64,000 bases of DNA from Camelus dromedarius (taxonomy: Eukaryota): the NCBI RefSeq assembly GCF_036321535.1, contig NC_087438.1, positions 2,420,001 to 2,484,000 on the forward strand, written 5' to 3'. How positions within the stretch are numbered: position 1 is the first letter of the stretch; the number at the start of each line of letters is the position of its first letter. The translations under genes were made by a program, and so were the position numbers. Of the stretch, positions 38,351 through 51,304 are shown piece by piece. A model generated the notes under the pieces. The model ran no database searches. It was not told the origin of the DNA and worked only from the letters and a program-made list of their open reading frames with translations.

Positions 38351-39585
38351 AAAGACAAACATACGGTGAAGGCAGGAAGTGTGTCCACACGCACAGCTAG
38401 TAGGGAGGTTAAAAGACAAAAGTAATAAAATCGTCTGTGTCCACAAGAAGCAGGTACGGGACACACAAAACAAAATCAGGTGTGCATTGTAGGGCCTAGT
38501 CTTCTGTTAGAGTTGAAGCATCTCTAATCACCCCCAGTCATGTACTTGACTTTAAGATACCTTGTCACAGAGGAATTATTAATTTTGAAATGATTATATA
38601 TTTTAATTTGATTTTTATATTTTTCTGTTGTGACTTAAGACTGTCATTGCGAAGACGACTTTGATGTGCTTAAGTTTGTTCCAGAATCGCTCTCTTTACG
38701 CAGGCGTTTGCAGACATATTTAGGCAGGACAGCAGTGTAACTTAAATGGCCGGCCCGAGCCGCCCCTCCATCCTTTGCTGATGTTTGCTGTCCGGTCCTC
38801 CACTTCCTTCGCTGCTGGGGAACGGCGGCTCCCTCCCGCCCCCGCCCGGGGGCAGGGGCCCTCTCCCGCTCGCTCTCCCATCTTGTCCCTCCGTGTGTCT
38901 GCCCCCCCGGGAGGCGTCACTGCCGTTCTCTGTGTGGCTTGTGGCTGTGTCCTGATAGCAGGGAGACCAAGTCAAACCTCGCCTCTGTCTTCACGTTTTA
39001 AATTGTGTCGGTGACTTCTGGCTCCTGTCAACGAGGTAGAGAGCTGGCAGGGTGTTGAAGAAGCTGGGTCACCTCCCCAGACATCATCGTGATGTTCCTG
39101 CCATGGAACAGAGGGCTTACGACAGCCGACTAACCTCAACTCCAAGGGAAGGTCTGTGTTTCTGCAAACTGGTTGGTTTGACTAAAGAGAAACAAAGAAA
39201 TCAGATTCGTATTTTAGAAAGAGCGGTGATGTGTCCTGGTGTCTGGACTGGGTTCAGGTTGGGACAGACCCGTGGAAATGAACGTAGAGCTGGGCACCTA
39301 GTTAGAAGTCAAGCGCAGGGAGGCAACTGGGCTGCTCTCGTGGTCCGGCTGTGGATGGCGGGGAAGGAAGGGCGGAGGCCAGACGCTGAGTTGCTGTGCA
39401 GCCCACGGAAGGCCTGGGACGACCCCGTGAGGACTCTGGAGCTGAGACAGATGCTCAGAATCGTCTCTGTTGGGGGCAGGGGGCCACATCTTTAGGGCCG
39501 AGGCAATCCCTGAGGACACTGCCCATCAGACTGGGGAGACATTTCTCCCTTTAAAACTCCTTCAAGGTGGGCCCCCCAGAGCTGC

Positions 39586-39941
39586 TGCTAGAGGCTGAAT
39601 GTCTGTGTCCCTCCAAAGCCCAGACACTGAAGCCCTGACCCCCAACACGGTGGCATTTGGAGGCAGGGCCTTGGGGATGATAGGGTCATGAGGGAGGAGC
39701 CTCGTGACGGGAGTTGGGGGCCTCAGAACAGAGCCCCCGAGGGCTCCCTCGCCCTGTGAAGATCTGCGAGAAGATGCTGTCCACGAGCCAGGAACCAGGA
39801 AGGGGCCCGGCCAGACGTGGGCTCTGCCAGCACCTTCGCCCGGGACGTCCAGCCTCCAGGACGGTGAGAAACGCATGGCGGCCGCTTACAGGCCACGCAG
39901 CCTGGGTGTTTCGGTGGCAGCGTCTTCGCCGGACTAAGCTG
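39586..39941 (+). mobile_element. MaLR LTR, MLT1A0-like, GC-shifted
   Basis: tgctagaggctgaatgtctgtgtccctccaaa...gggtcatgaggg...tccagcctccaggacggtgagaaa...ggactaag. Confidence 0.85.
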
Positions 39942-40059
39942 GGGGCACGTCGGACTAGGAAGGCCTTGCAGAGGACCAGCGGGCCCGCGGACACAGTGCG
40001 CTGTTAGTCCCGCTCACGACAGGACAAGCTGCAGGAGGGCTGGATGGAGGCTGGCACGC

Positions 40060-40106
40060 GTGTGTGTGTGTGTGTGTGTCTGTGTGTGTGTGTCTGTGTG
40101 TGTGTG
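40060..40106. repeat. Interrupted (TG)n microsatellite
   Basis: TG run with two TC interruptions. Confidence 0.95.
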
Positions 40107-40987
40107 CACGCCCAACCAGGACGGACCAGGCCCCCGTCCCGCGTGCGTTTTGTTGCTCTTTCTGCATCTCCCTGTTTGCAACTTCCCAGCAAAGTCAGTC
40201 TCCCGGGGTGGCGGCCCAGCCCAGGCGACGGTCAGCGGTCTCGGGTGGCACCTCTGACACCCTCTGGGGGAGAAGGTGGAGGTGACAGGGCACTGCCAAC
40301 GTGCATCCGCTGAGGACGGAGGGCGAGCAAGAAGGGCAAGCGTACTTCTTAAAACGATTTCAGAGCCATGGAAGCGATCCCTGCTGCAGCCCCTCCCATT
40401 CAGATTGCTTCAGGGGTGGGTTCTTACTCTGAGGGAAGCAGCTTCTGTTTTCCCTCCTGGTTCTTCCGTTTCTGAACGGCTGCTTGTCTGTATATTAAAG
40501 ATGATTCAAAGACCCTAATACGAGAAAGAATCAAGTTTGCACTCCGTCAGAAATCCATCCAAGCGTTTCTGAAGATTTTGCGTCTCCGACACCTGTAACC
40601 TGGGGGAGCCACCGTGCCTTTCAAAAATCGCTGGTCATCAGATGGTTCGCGCACCGGCTCAGCCCAGCCCCAGGACAGGGCCTTCGCAGGTCCTGGAAAC
40701 AGTCCTGGGTCTGGGGGAAGCCAAAGGGAGAAATAAATGCAAAGGCTCACCTGTCACCCTTTTGTGCGACCTAAGAATGGGCGAATCTGTGGGAGGAAGT
40801 TTCGGGTCTAATCGGCAAAGGCGCTGCGAGCCCGCAGTTAACTGAGCGTCTCCTGTGTGTGTCAGATGCTGTTTTAAGCCTGGCGGCCCTGCCAGGCCAC
40901 CAGGATGAGCCAGAGGGAAGAAGAAAACTGTGGACAGCAGGTGACTCAAAGGAAAGGAAGGGAACCCTGAGAGTTTAGTTCTCGGCA

Positions 40988-41433
40988 CAGGCAGTGGTCA
41001 CGCCTACATGGTTGTAAGTCGCTGAATTAGCAAGTGCTGAGCGCCTGCTTGGGGACACCCAGGCTGAGGCTCCCAAGAGCCCCTGGTCACCTCGTCTCCA
41101 TCAGTCCGTCAATACGTGGCCTTGCCGTGTGTCTGTTTCTGTTTGAAGGCACCATGTGTAATAGGTATGGCTGGTTCATTCGCACAGAACTGTTAGTACC
41201 TGACGCGAGGCAGACCCTGTAAGCGGAGAAGACCCTCGCTCACAGTCTCAGAGCGTCGCCTTGCCCGACCTGGGGCTGCGTCCTTCCGGCAGCTCAAAGG
41301 CTTCCCCGCTCTGCACAGGCTCAGGTCTGCAAATGACCAGAGGCCCTGCGGGATTGGTTTGGGGCTTAAAAGTCGCTTCTAGTGAGTAAGCTAATTTGCA
41401 AACGTAGAAACTGCCAATGATGTGGCTGGATTG
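40988..41433 (+). mobile_element. Tigger3/MER7-like DNA transposon, internally deleted
   Basis: ctgaattagcaagtgctga, gtgtctgtttctgtttgaaggcacc, cagagcgtcgccttg and aatttgcaaacgtagaaactgccaatgatg match the recalled Tigger3 consensus in order. Confidence 0.8.
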
Positions 41434-44400
41434 TGTAATGAGTGTCCAGGAGCAGACCGACGCCAGCGGGGATTCACTCTCACCCGTACCTGAAACCAGC
41501 CCCAGCAGGGCTGGGATGCTGGCAATTTCTGCTTTATTTGTTTTGAAAATCAGGTTTAAATGCAAAATTCTGTGTAGCTACACTTGGGGTGTCTGTGCCA
41601 TGATTTACTGGAGTTTGAGAAGATGTGTCTATATAAATCGTCAGGGCTACGTAATCGTCAGGAAGGAGGGAGGCGGTGAGCTGGACGGGGATGGACCCCA
41701 CACAGGTGTGCTCAGGGGATCCTGCGGTCCCCGAAACAGGACGCGTATCAGGACTGCGAGGTGCTTCCGCAGTGTCTTGCTCACCCCTCGTTTTTCCAGG
41801 TGGATACCGTGAGGGTCAAGACAGCATCATAGGAACTGAGGGCAGAGCCCTCTGGCAGTTTAATCACAGGTGCTGCGGGGAGCGCTGGGGAGGGCATGCC
41901 GTGTCCCTGCTCCCAGTTCAGTGCCTCGACCTCACCGCTCCTTCTCCGCTTCGGGCGCCCCCTCAATTCGTGCTTGTTATTTTAAATAATGTTTAAAATC
42001 TCAAAGGTCTCCAGAGCAGTGAATGCCTTTCTGAACTAACTCCACATAGAATTTATTAGATGTAAATTGTGACTTTTCATATTTTACTGGAGGAAAATCA
42101 ATGAAATGTCTTCCTTATTTATCAACTCATAATTTTTTTTTACTTTCCATTGATTTTATTTCTTATCTTTTCAAACCAAAGTAATGGTAAAATTACCAAC
42201 TTTTAAATTGATTAACAGGAACACGTACATCATGAAACGTTAAAAGCAATTAGTTTGACAGTATCAAACATGAACTCAGCGTGAGAGATGCTTCTGCAAT
42301 TTTTTTAACACTAAAATAACATTTAAATTCTGAAAAATCTGCAAAGAAATATTGCAGGAAACTCAAAATTAGTCTTTTTTAAAAAAATTTTCACAAGGCA
42401 GAAATATGCAAGAATAATGAAAACCAAAAAATTAGAAAGACTGCATTTTAAAAACGCGTGAATGTATTTGACAGACACTTAAGCATGTGATGATGGTATG
42501 AAGAAAAATAACACCTGAACCTTCTTTCTGAACACTCGCTTCTTAAGGAAGAGAGACTTGTAAACTTAAAAGCACGCATCTATTGAATACAAGCTTTAAC
42601 AGAGAGAAAGAAGTAATTGTCTGGCAGCCCCAAACAGGTAGGCCAGCCGCACACAGTGACGCTGGTGCAAAGTTAGTTGCTTTAATTTTGGCTCAAGGCA
42701 TACACCCTTCTACGACTTTGGGGTTGGTAAAACCTTCTGTAACTGCACGTAGGAAAGGATGTTAATTCTATTAATTGATAAAAATCAGTGTAACTGAATT
42801 TGGTCCCGTGCACCTTGTCTTGCTTGCATCTGTCTTCAGAACCACGCCTCCTCTGACTCCGCGCCTTTCCCGGGTTCCGCGCTTACAGGTCCGCGCTTGC
42901 CTGCATGTCCGCCCGCGAGATGGATCAGCGGGCCTCCCCGCTCTGCTGCGTAAGTCCTCGTCTCGGACGTTTTACTTCGTCCTCACACAGAATTGCTTGC
43001 ACGTCAGTTCCCTGGTCCTCGCCGTGTGTATGGAAACAATTCAGTAGCCTGGGAGCCTGGGAGACGGCAGACACGGAAAACTACACAGGCTGCAGCGAGC
43101 TGCCTTGGTCGCCACTGAAATTCCCCTAAATGGGTCACCCCCCGGGATCTGCTTCCTCGGCCGTGGGCTCCGTCACGTGGGCCATAAGACCCTCAGTTCT
43201 TTCGGAACCCGGGCAGACGCTGCGGCTGGGACGTGGCTCGCCGCCCTCGCGCTGTGTCCGGCTCCAGGTCGGGGGCACTTTCCCAAGCAGAGCGTGGGGC
43301 AGCGCCAGGTCTCCTCGCCCCCGCAGCCTCTGACAGCAGGGACCCGTCCCCGGCTCGCTCAGAGAGACGCGGGGCTCTTCCCTGCTCGCTCACAGCACAA
43401 TGCATCCAAAAGAGGCTTCAGGATAATAAACGGTCAGTGGCTGGACCCCCAGTGACTCTGAGGGAAGCCCTGGATGTGCATAGATCACCCCGTGGAGCCC
43501 GACTCGGGCTCCGGGAGCGTCTGGGCCTGAGCACATCACAGCCCTGATGAACCAGGCCCATCTGCTCAGGGAATTCCGAACAGAATGGGGGACAGGGGAC
43601 GTGCAGCCAGTGTGTGTGGCTGCATGGCTCTTAGGAGGCAGAAGAGAGGGAAACTTCAGCTCACCTTGCTGGGTGGGAAGGGGTGCGTTCTTTTTCTTCT
43701 TATAACTCCTGGAACAAAGCAATGACCTTGTTGACCCAAATGTGAAATGAACTTAACAGCCTTTGATGTCAGAGTTGAGGGACGCCTGCGGCGTCACGTC
43801 GCATAAGTGTAAAATTCCAAGGCCGAGTTCTGAACTTTAGCGGCGCCCCACGCAGGACTCGTAAAGCGGGTCAGCTGCTCGAAGGCTTTTGTGAGGTTCA
43901 TGCCATTGCCCAGCCCTCGGTGAGGGGGGAGGCCACTTGGTTTCCGTCCAAGCTCAGTGAAAGCTGGTTCTCGTCTTCTGTCTCCCCGCTGCCTGGGTCC
44001 CAGGACCAAACACTTCAAACCCAGAAAAGAAGTGAGACGGGGGAAGCTGGCGTTTCCAGTTAAGGAGACAGTGTCCCTAGCGGGGCACACAGAGCCCCAA
44101 GGAAACTGAGCGAACCGGAGAATGACATGGCGGGCGGCAGGGCCGCTCCCTGCAAGGAGGCTGGGTCTGGAGTGGATTCACAGCACGCCGGGCGGGAGGG
44201 CATGTGATTTGGCCAGGTTCCTTTGGCCAAGAAATGTCCTGTTAAGATGAAGTTCCTGACTCTGAGACTGAGATTTCCCACTTCAGCTGATTTTGTTCGC
44301 ATGGAAAGGCCTCTCTTTAATCACACCAGGGCTTCTCTTTTCTTCGTAAGCTGCTCAGTTCTGTACGGATGTTGATGTTCTTAAAGGCCTTTGTGGTTGC

Positions 44401-45156
44401 TTTTCCTTTTCCAAAGCAGCATTAAGTGAGCGCTTGGAAGAGACCAGGCGTTCCCCTTGGTGCCTGCTTAGCGTGGCCCCTCTCCCGTCACTGATGGCTC
44501 TGATTTTTGAATGAGGTTATAAAGTTTTGTCCCAAAGGTAATCTTACAAGTTGAACATCATTTTATTTGTTGTTTTCTCCACTGCATTCTTTGTTTGTTT
44601 GTTTGTCTTTCTTCCTGGCGTCCTCGTAGAGAGGTGTGCCGCTGTCTTTGCTCAGTCTGGACCTTAGAGAACGTGCACTGACTAAACGTGCCTGGGATGC
44701 GTAGCGGTCAAGGTGCCTCCTGGCGGCTGTCCTTTAAATCTCACAGCCCTTCTGAGAAAATACTGAATGGCCATCTTTTCCCTGGCTTTTTATTCAATAG
44801 TTAAGATTCCTTCTCTTTTCTCTAAGTGGGGAGAAAAGAGCTAATGTTCCTACTTACAGCCCCCATTTGAGAAATCAGTCCCTTGCGTTTACGTGTGAAG
44901 GCTTAAGCAGCCCGCCGGCGTATGTGTGCACCTGACGTCCAGCACTCAAACGACATACTTTGTGGCGCTGAGACTTAACTCAGCGGGGGGAGGATGGAGG
45001 ATTGATATTGGGCCAGACACCAACATGGGCTTGGGGGGCCTCCAGCTGTCGGGGTGCAGGAAGGAGGCAGAAAGCACACAGTATCAGAAACTATCAGTTA
45101 TGCTGGAGCACAGGCACCTGGGGGACTGGCTGGGAAGGGGAGACGAGAGCTTTAAA

Positions 45157-45470
45157 CATATGTGGAATCTAAAAAAAAAAAACACAAAATAGAAACAGAC
45201 TCATAGATGCAGAATACAAACTTGTGGTTGCCAAGGGGGCGGGGGTGGGAAGGGACAGACTGGGATTTCAGAATGCAGAATAGATAAACAAGATCGCACT
45301 GTGTAGCACAGGGAAATACATACAAGATCTTGTGGTCGCTCATAGTGAAAAAATATGTGACAATGAATATGTGTATGTTCACGTATAACTGAGAAATTGT
45401 GCTCTACACTGGAATCTGACACAACATTGTAAAATGACTATAACTCAATACAGAAAATGTTTTAAAAAAA
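45157..45470 (+). mobile_element. Young lineage-specific L1 3' UTR
   Basis: catatgtggaatctaaaa...gaatacaaacttgtggttgcc...ctataactcaat plus A tail. atatgtgg recurs at both ends, which suggests a TSD overlapping 5' microhomology. Confidence 0.9.
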
Positions 45471-45551
45471 AGAATATGTGGGCAGAGGATACAGGAGCGG
45501 CCCTGGCTCGAGGGCTGAAGGTGGAGCGCGGTGAATGGGCGAGTCTGGAAG

Positions 45552-45587
45552 GGGACCACGCACGGGGCCGGGACCACGCACGGGGCC
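45552..45587. repeat. 18-bp exact tandem duplication (gggaccacgcacggggcc x2)
   Basis: Two exact copies read directly from the sequence. Confidence 0.95.
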
Positions 45588-48064
45588 GGGTCCAGGCCTG
45601 GGGGGAGGGGCTGTGGCTGTGGTGCAAGGGGTTGGAGGGGAATGTTTAGGGGGCTCAGTCGGTCTTCACATTCCGGATGTCGGGGGAGCCATCGGAAGGG
45701 AGGGGCTGAGCTTCAGAACTCCTGGCTGCCCGTGGGATGCCCGCGGGATGTCCCCTGGGCAGCTGGCCACGCTCACAGCAAGCGCTCAGAGTTGCAGACG
45801 CTGTGCCCGCCGCAAGGGCACGCAGAGAGAGGCGCCCCAGCAGAGGGGAGAGGAGCTCCTTCCTTCTGCCGTGTCCTTCCTGCACTTGCTACGGATGAAG
45901 CTGACCATTGTGCCAAGTGGAAAATGAGATATATTTATAGGCCCCTCGTCCATGGCCACTGAGCAGGCAGTGAAGGCTGGGCTTGGACCTGAGACTGAAT
46001 GGTGACTGCCCTCTATTACTGCCCCACTGTCTGGGAGAGGACGTGGCAGGGATCGCACAGAGACCCCCTCCCCCGGCACCACGGGAATCTTGGCTTTGGA
46101 CTTCAGCATTAAGACAAGCCCAAGTCCTGCATCACATGTCAAGGTCGCAGTGACCTTTGTTTTAAAGTAGATTAATAGGCACGCACGTGTAAGAGTAATC
46201 TGTATATGAGCAGTATGGGGCCATTTGGAGAAACGTCTGTAAACATTTTACTTGCTCAGTTATGAATGAATGTTGAATCTTTCCAGCCATGGGGTTTACA
46301 TGTAAAGCAGTCTGGGAGCTGGCTGTAGCACGCAGCCACAGGGGGCTACCCCAGCGTGCCAGGAAGTATTGTGAGTTCATGTGGCTGTAATCATAAAAGC
46401 CAACACGCTGACGGACTGGGGAGATTAACCAAAGTAAACCCCATTGTCCAAGATACGATGGACTTCTAGGGATGAAACACAACAGGAGACAAGATCAGAG
46501 ATATTCTCATTAAAACAAGATTGCAACCCACATTCGTTTCAGGAAAGCACCTCAGGGCGATCACACCCGCACGAGTCGTGAGCCCTTGGCTTGTACCAAA
46601 CTGGAGAGAAGAGACTCCCCCAAACAGCCCGACTGAGGAACTAGCATTGAGCTAAAATAAGCAATTAAAATCTCGAACAATGATGGGGAGTATGAAGTGG
46701 TCACCAGTCTTTAAACCACAAACTTGTAATCTGAAGAGAAGCTCTAACGCTTTCGTCCCTGAAGACTCCGCGAAGGCTGACGTTTCACTTCAGTCTGACT
46801 TACGACGTACACAACATTATGGGTCTGGAGGCACCAATTATGGGGCCCATTTTAGGCTGCGTGACCCTCGGCAGTGTTGAGAGCGTCACCTATTTTTTCC
46901 CGCTTCGTCGTCTGCCAGGCCTCCTGCCCCCTCCCAGCTGGTTACCCAGGGGTGTGTCCCACTCAGAGTCCGTGACCAGACCTGCCACCACACTGGCACC
47001 GGTGACCACATCCAGGGCCAGGTGATGCTGGGGCAGCGTCAGACAGCGGTGATGATGCGTCTCTGATTTACCTGCTGCCTGATGCATTTACCTACTGTGA
47101 TTTAATTAGAGGAATTGAGTTATACTTGGATTCTATTCTCAGAAATAAAACTGGAAAATGTCAGGCAGCAGCAAAAAGCCAGCAGCTGTGTTCATGGTGG
47201 GAGACGAGGGCTTTCCAAGACATCGTAGCTCTTAGAGGCTCTGTCTTCACTTGGGGGACGGGTCTGCTCCGCCGCCTCTCAATCCTGAAGCCGACAGACT
47301 GCACCGCGGAGGATCAAGGCACAAGGGGACTAGGGAGGTCACCTGGCCCTGCGTAGGCGACCTTCCAGCAGTGTCCCGGCCTGGAGTTTGCTCCCCGTTA
47401 GGGACCCACCAGTTGTCTTCTCCAGCAATAATCCTGTTGCCTAAACTGAGTTGTGAGGAGGCTGATGGAGATTTGCCCATTAACTGAGGATGAGAAAAAC
47501 TTGAATTTTTAACTAAAACCTTCCTAGCTCAGGGCTTCCAGAACATTTTGGATCCATAAACTCCTTTTGCAGTAACATCTAATGAATCCCCTTAGGAATT
47601 TCCTTTAAGCATTCCATCTGTTACCTGGATGGACCGAGATGATCACATTAAGTGATAGAGTCGAGTCTGTGGCAATGGTTAAGATTTACAGGTAGATGGT
47701 CGTGTTTCCCATTTAACAAGTACACATGCTTCTTAGTTTGTTTTTATTTTAAATTAACTATTTATGCGTTAATCTGTCAATAATTAGGCGGAGAGTGACA
47801 TCTTGTTTAATTGATATCAAATGATACTAAGAAATAGATGTACTTTTTCTGAAGCTTTAATTTTGTTTGATTGCACTTTTCCATCAGTGTATACGAAATT
47901 CACTAAACCAGAGAGGATTTCACAATGTTTGCAAGATGCAGGAAATACACAAATGAGAACAATTCCACAGAAGGTGTTTATATACAAGTGTTAGGCATTA
48001 TGTTTACATGCCAAGTTACATCTACTTTCTTTCTTTCCTGTTTTATTAAAAATATTTTAAACCC

Positions 48065-48995
48065 CTTTATTGCGAGGTGTGAGTGATACAGAAAAAAACT
48101 ATGTATTTAATGTACACAATTTGATGAGTTTCGCGATGTGTACACCTGTGAACCATGACCACAACTTACGACAGACACCCATCCCTTACCTTCATCTTCA
48201 AAGGTTCCTCCCACCCATTCGTTGATCTGTTTATGTCTACTGTAAGAGCACTTAACACATGATCTTAGCAAATTTTAAGAATATGCACAACACACTATTG
48301 TAGTTATAGACACTTTGCAGCACATTAGATCTCTAGGACTTACTCCTCCAGCGTAGCTGACTTTGCACCCTGACTAACACTTCCCCATTGCCCCTCAACC
48401 CCTGGCAGCCACTCTCTGCTTCTATGAGTTTGACTATTTTAGATTCTTCATACGAATGGAATCACGTAGTATTTGACATTTCTGCAAAGAAGACAAACAG
48501 ATGGCCGCAAGTTATATGAAAATGTGCTTAATATAATTAATCATTGGGAAATACAAATCACCAGTTAAGGTAGCTGTTATAAAACAGAAACAAAGATGGC
48601 ATGGTGATGATGATGTGGAGAAAAGGGAACCCTTGTGCACAGTTGGTGGGAAAGGACGCAGCCACTATGGAAAACTGTATAGTGTTTCCTCAAAAAATTA
48701 AAAACAGAACTACCATAGGATCCAGCAATTCCACTCCTGGGTGCATACCTGAAGGAAATGAATTCAGTATCTCAAAGGGAAATCTGAACTCCCATGTTCA
48801 TTGTAGCATTTTTTCACAATAGCCAAAACATGAAAGCAATTTAAATGTCTGATAATGAATGAATGAATGGATAAAAAAAATGTGGTATATACACACAGTG
48901 GAATATCATTCAGCTTAAAAAAGGGAAATCCTGCTATTTGCAAAGACATAGAATGAACTTGGACATTATGTTAAGTGAAATAAGCCAGACACAAA
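48065..48995. mobile_element. Old L1 (L1MA9/L1MB-like) with 5' inversion
   Basis: Antisense 3' UTR (48065-48475) abuts a sense ORF2-end segment (48476-48995) that stops at aagccagacacaaa. Confidence 0.8.
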
Positions 48996-49009
48996 GTATA
49001 TAGATGAAC

Positions 49010-50761
49010 TTTTTCTTTTTTTTCTTATTGAAGTATAGAATTTACCACGTTGTGTTAGTTAGGTGTACAGTAAACTGAGTCAGTTTTTTATATACACATA
49101 TATATGTAATTTTTTGGATTCTTTCCATGATAGATTATTATAAGATACTGAATACAGTTCCCTGTGCTATATAGCAGGGCCTTGTTGTTTATCTATTTTA
49201 TATAGGACTGTGTATATGTTAATTCCATACTCCTAATTTATCCCTCCCCCACCCCACCTCTTTCCCCATTGTTTTCTATGTCTGAGTCTGTTTTTGTTTT
49301 TTGAATAAATTTATTTATAACATTTCTTTAGATTCAACATATCAGTGATATCATATGATATCTGTCTTTCTCTGTATGACTTACTTCACTTAATGTGATA
49401 ATCTCTAGGTCCATCCATGTTGCTGCAAATGGCATTATTTCATTCTTTTTTATGGCTGAGTAGTATTCCATTGTATAAATATATCACAATTTCTTTATCC
49501 AGTTGTCTGTCAGTTGACATTTATGTTGCTTCCACATCTTGGCTGCTGTTAAGTAGTGCTGCTGTGAACACTGAGGTGAAGGTGTCTTTTCTAGAGTTTC
49601 CTCTAGATTTATGCCCAGGAGTAAGATTGTTGGATTATATGGTAAGTCTATTTTTAGTTTTTTAAGGAATCTCCATGCTGTTATCCTTTGTGGCTGCACC
49701 AATTTACATTCCCACCAACAGTGTAGGGGGGCTCCTTTTTCTCCATACCTTCTCCAACATTTATTATTTATACATTTTTTTATGATGGTCATTCTGACCA
49801 GAGTGAGGGGATACCTCACTGTAGCTTTGATTTGCATTTCTCTAATAATCAGCAATATTGAGCTTCTTTTCACATGCCTGTTGGCCATCTATATGTGGAG
49901 AAATGTCTATTTAGGATTTCTGCCCATTTTTTTTATTGAGTTTTTAAAAAAATATTAAGCTGAATGAGCTGTTTGTATATTTTGGAAATTAATCCCTTAT
50001 GGGTAGCATTATTTGCAATTTTTTTCCCAGTCCATAGGTTATCTTTTCATTTTGTTTATGGTTTCCTTTGCTGTGCAAAGCTTTTAAGCTTAATTAGGTC
50101 TCATTTGTTTATTTTTGTTTTTATCTCCATTACTCTTAAGAGACAGATACAAAAAAATATTGCTGCAATTTATGTCAAAGAGTGTTCTGCCTGTGTTTTC
50201 CACTAGGAGTTTTATAGTATCTGGTCTTACATTTGGGTCTTTAATTGATTTTGAGTTTATTTTTGTATATGGTTTTAGAGTGTTCTAATTTCATTCTTTT
50301 ATGTATAGCTGTCCACTTTTCCCAGCACCATTTATTGAAGAGACTGTCTTTTCTCCATTGCACATTCTTGCTTTCTCTGTCATAGATTAATTGACCATTA
50401 GTGTATGGGTTTATGTCTGGGCTGTCTATCCTGTCCCATTGATTTATACGTGTAGTTTTGTGCCAGTACCTTACTGTTTGATTACTGTAGCTTTGTAGTA
50501 TAATTTGAGGTCAAGGAGCCTGAACCCTCCAGCTCCATTCTCCTTTCTCAAGATTGTTTTCACTATTTTGTGTTTCCATACAGATTTAAGCATTTTCTGT
50601 TCTAGTCCTGTGAAAAATGTCATTGGTAATTTGATAGAGATTGCATTGAATCTGTAGATTGCCTTGGGTAGTGTGGCCATTTTAATAATATTGATTCTTC
50701 CAATTCAAGAACATGATATATCTTTCCATCTGTTTGTGTTGTCTTCAATTTATTTCAAGGT
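49010..50761 (-). mobile_element. 5'-truncated L1, ~1.75 kb (ORF2 C-terminal part plus 3' UTR)
   Basis: Minus ORFs [23 protein letters not shown] and MANRHVKRSSILLIIREMQIKATVRYPLT are L1 ORF2. TSD tatagatgaac at 48999-49009 and 50762-50772. Confidence 0.95.
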
Positions 50762-51304
50762 TATAGATGAACATTAAGTATAAGTTATGATAGCAAAGAT
50801 ATATAAAACTTACTATCATATCCTGCTATATGAAGTCTCTGCATGATTCACTTTTAATAACCTTTGTATTATTTCCAATTGTGATATACAAGGAGATTCA
50901 TTCATTAATTGCAATTATTCCTGTTGCACATTTCAGGTGTGATTCAAATTTTGTCTCAATAAACTAAAAAAGCAAATTGGGTATAATAATGATTGTAATT
51001 TTCCTCACATTGTTTAAAGTATTAAAACAATCTTGTTTAAATGTGCATTTGCAAAAGTCAATACTTTCATCTGACTATGCTTTGGATGTTTTTCTCACCC
51101 TGGTAAATGCAATGCAAATTCTCATCTTCTTTTAGTTCAAAAAAGTTTTCTTCCAGATTATCACATTAAGTTGGTTCTTTCACTTTGTTTTTTTAGCCTT
51201 TTTAGGAATACATTTTACCAATATATTGATCTTGGTCTCTGCTCTTCACATGTCTTCTTTCTCTCTGAGAATTTTAATCATTTTGCAAATTTATTCTGCT
51301 TTCT

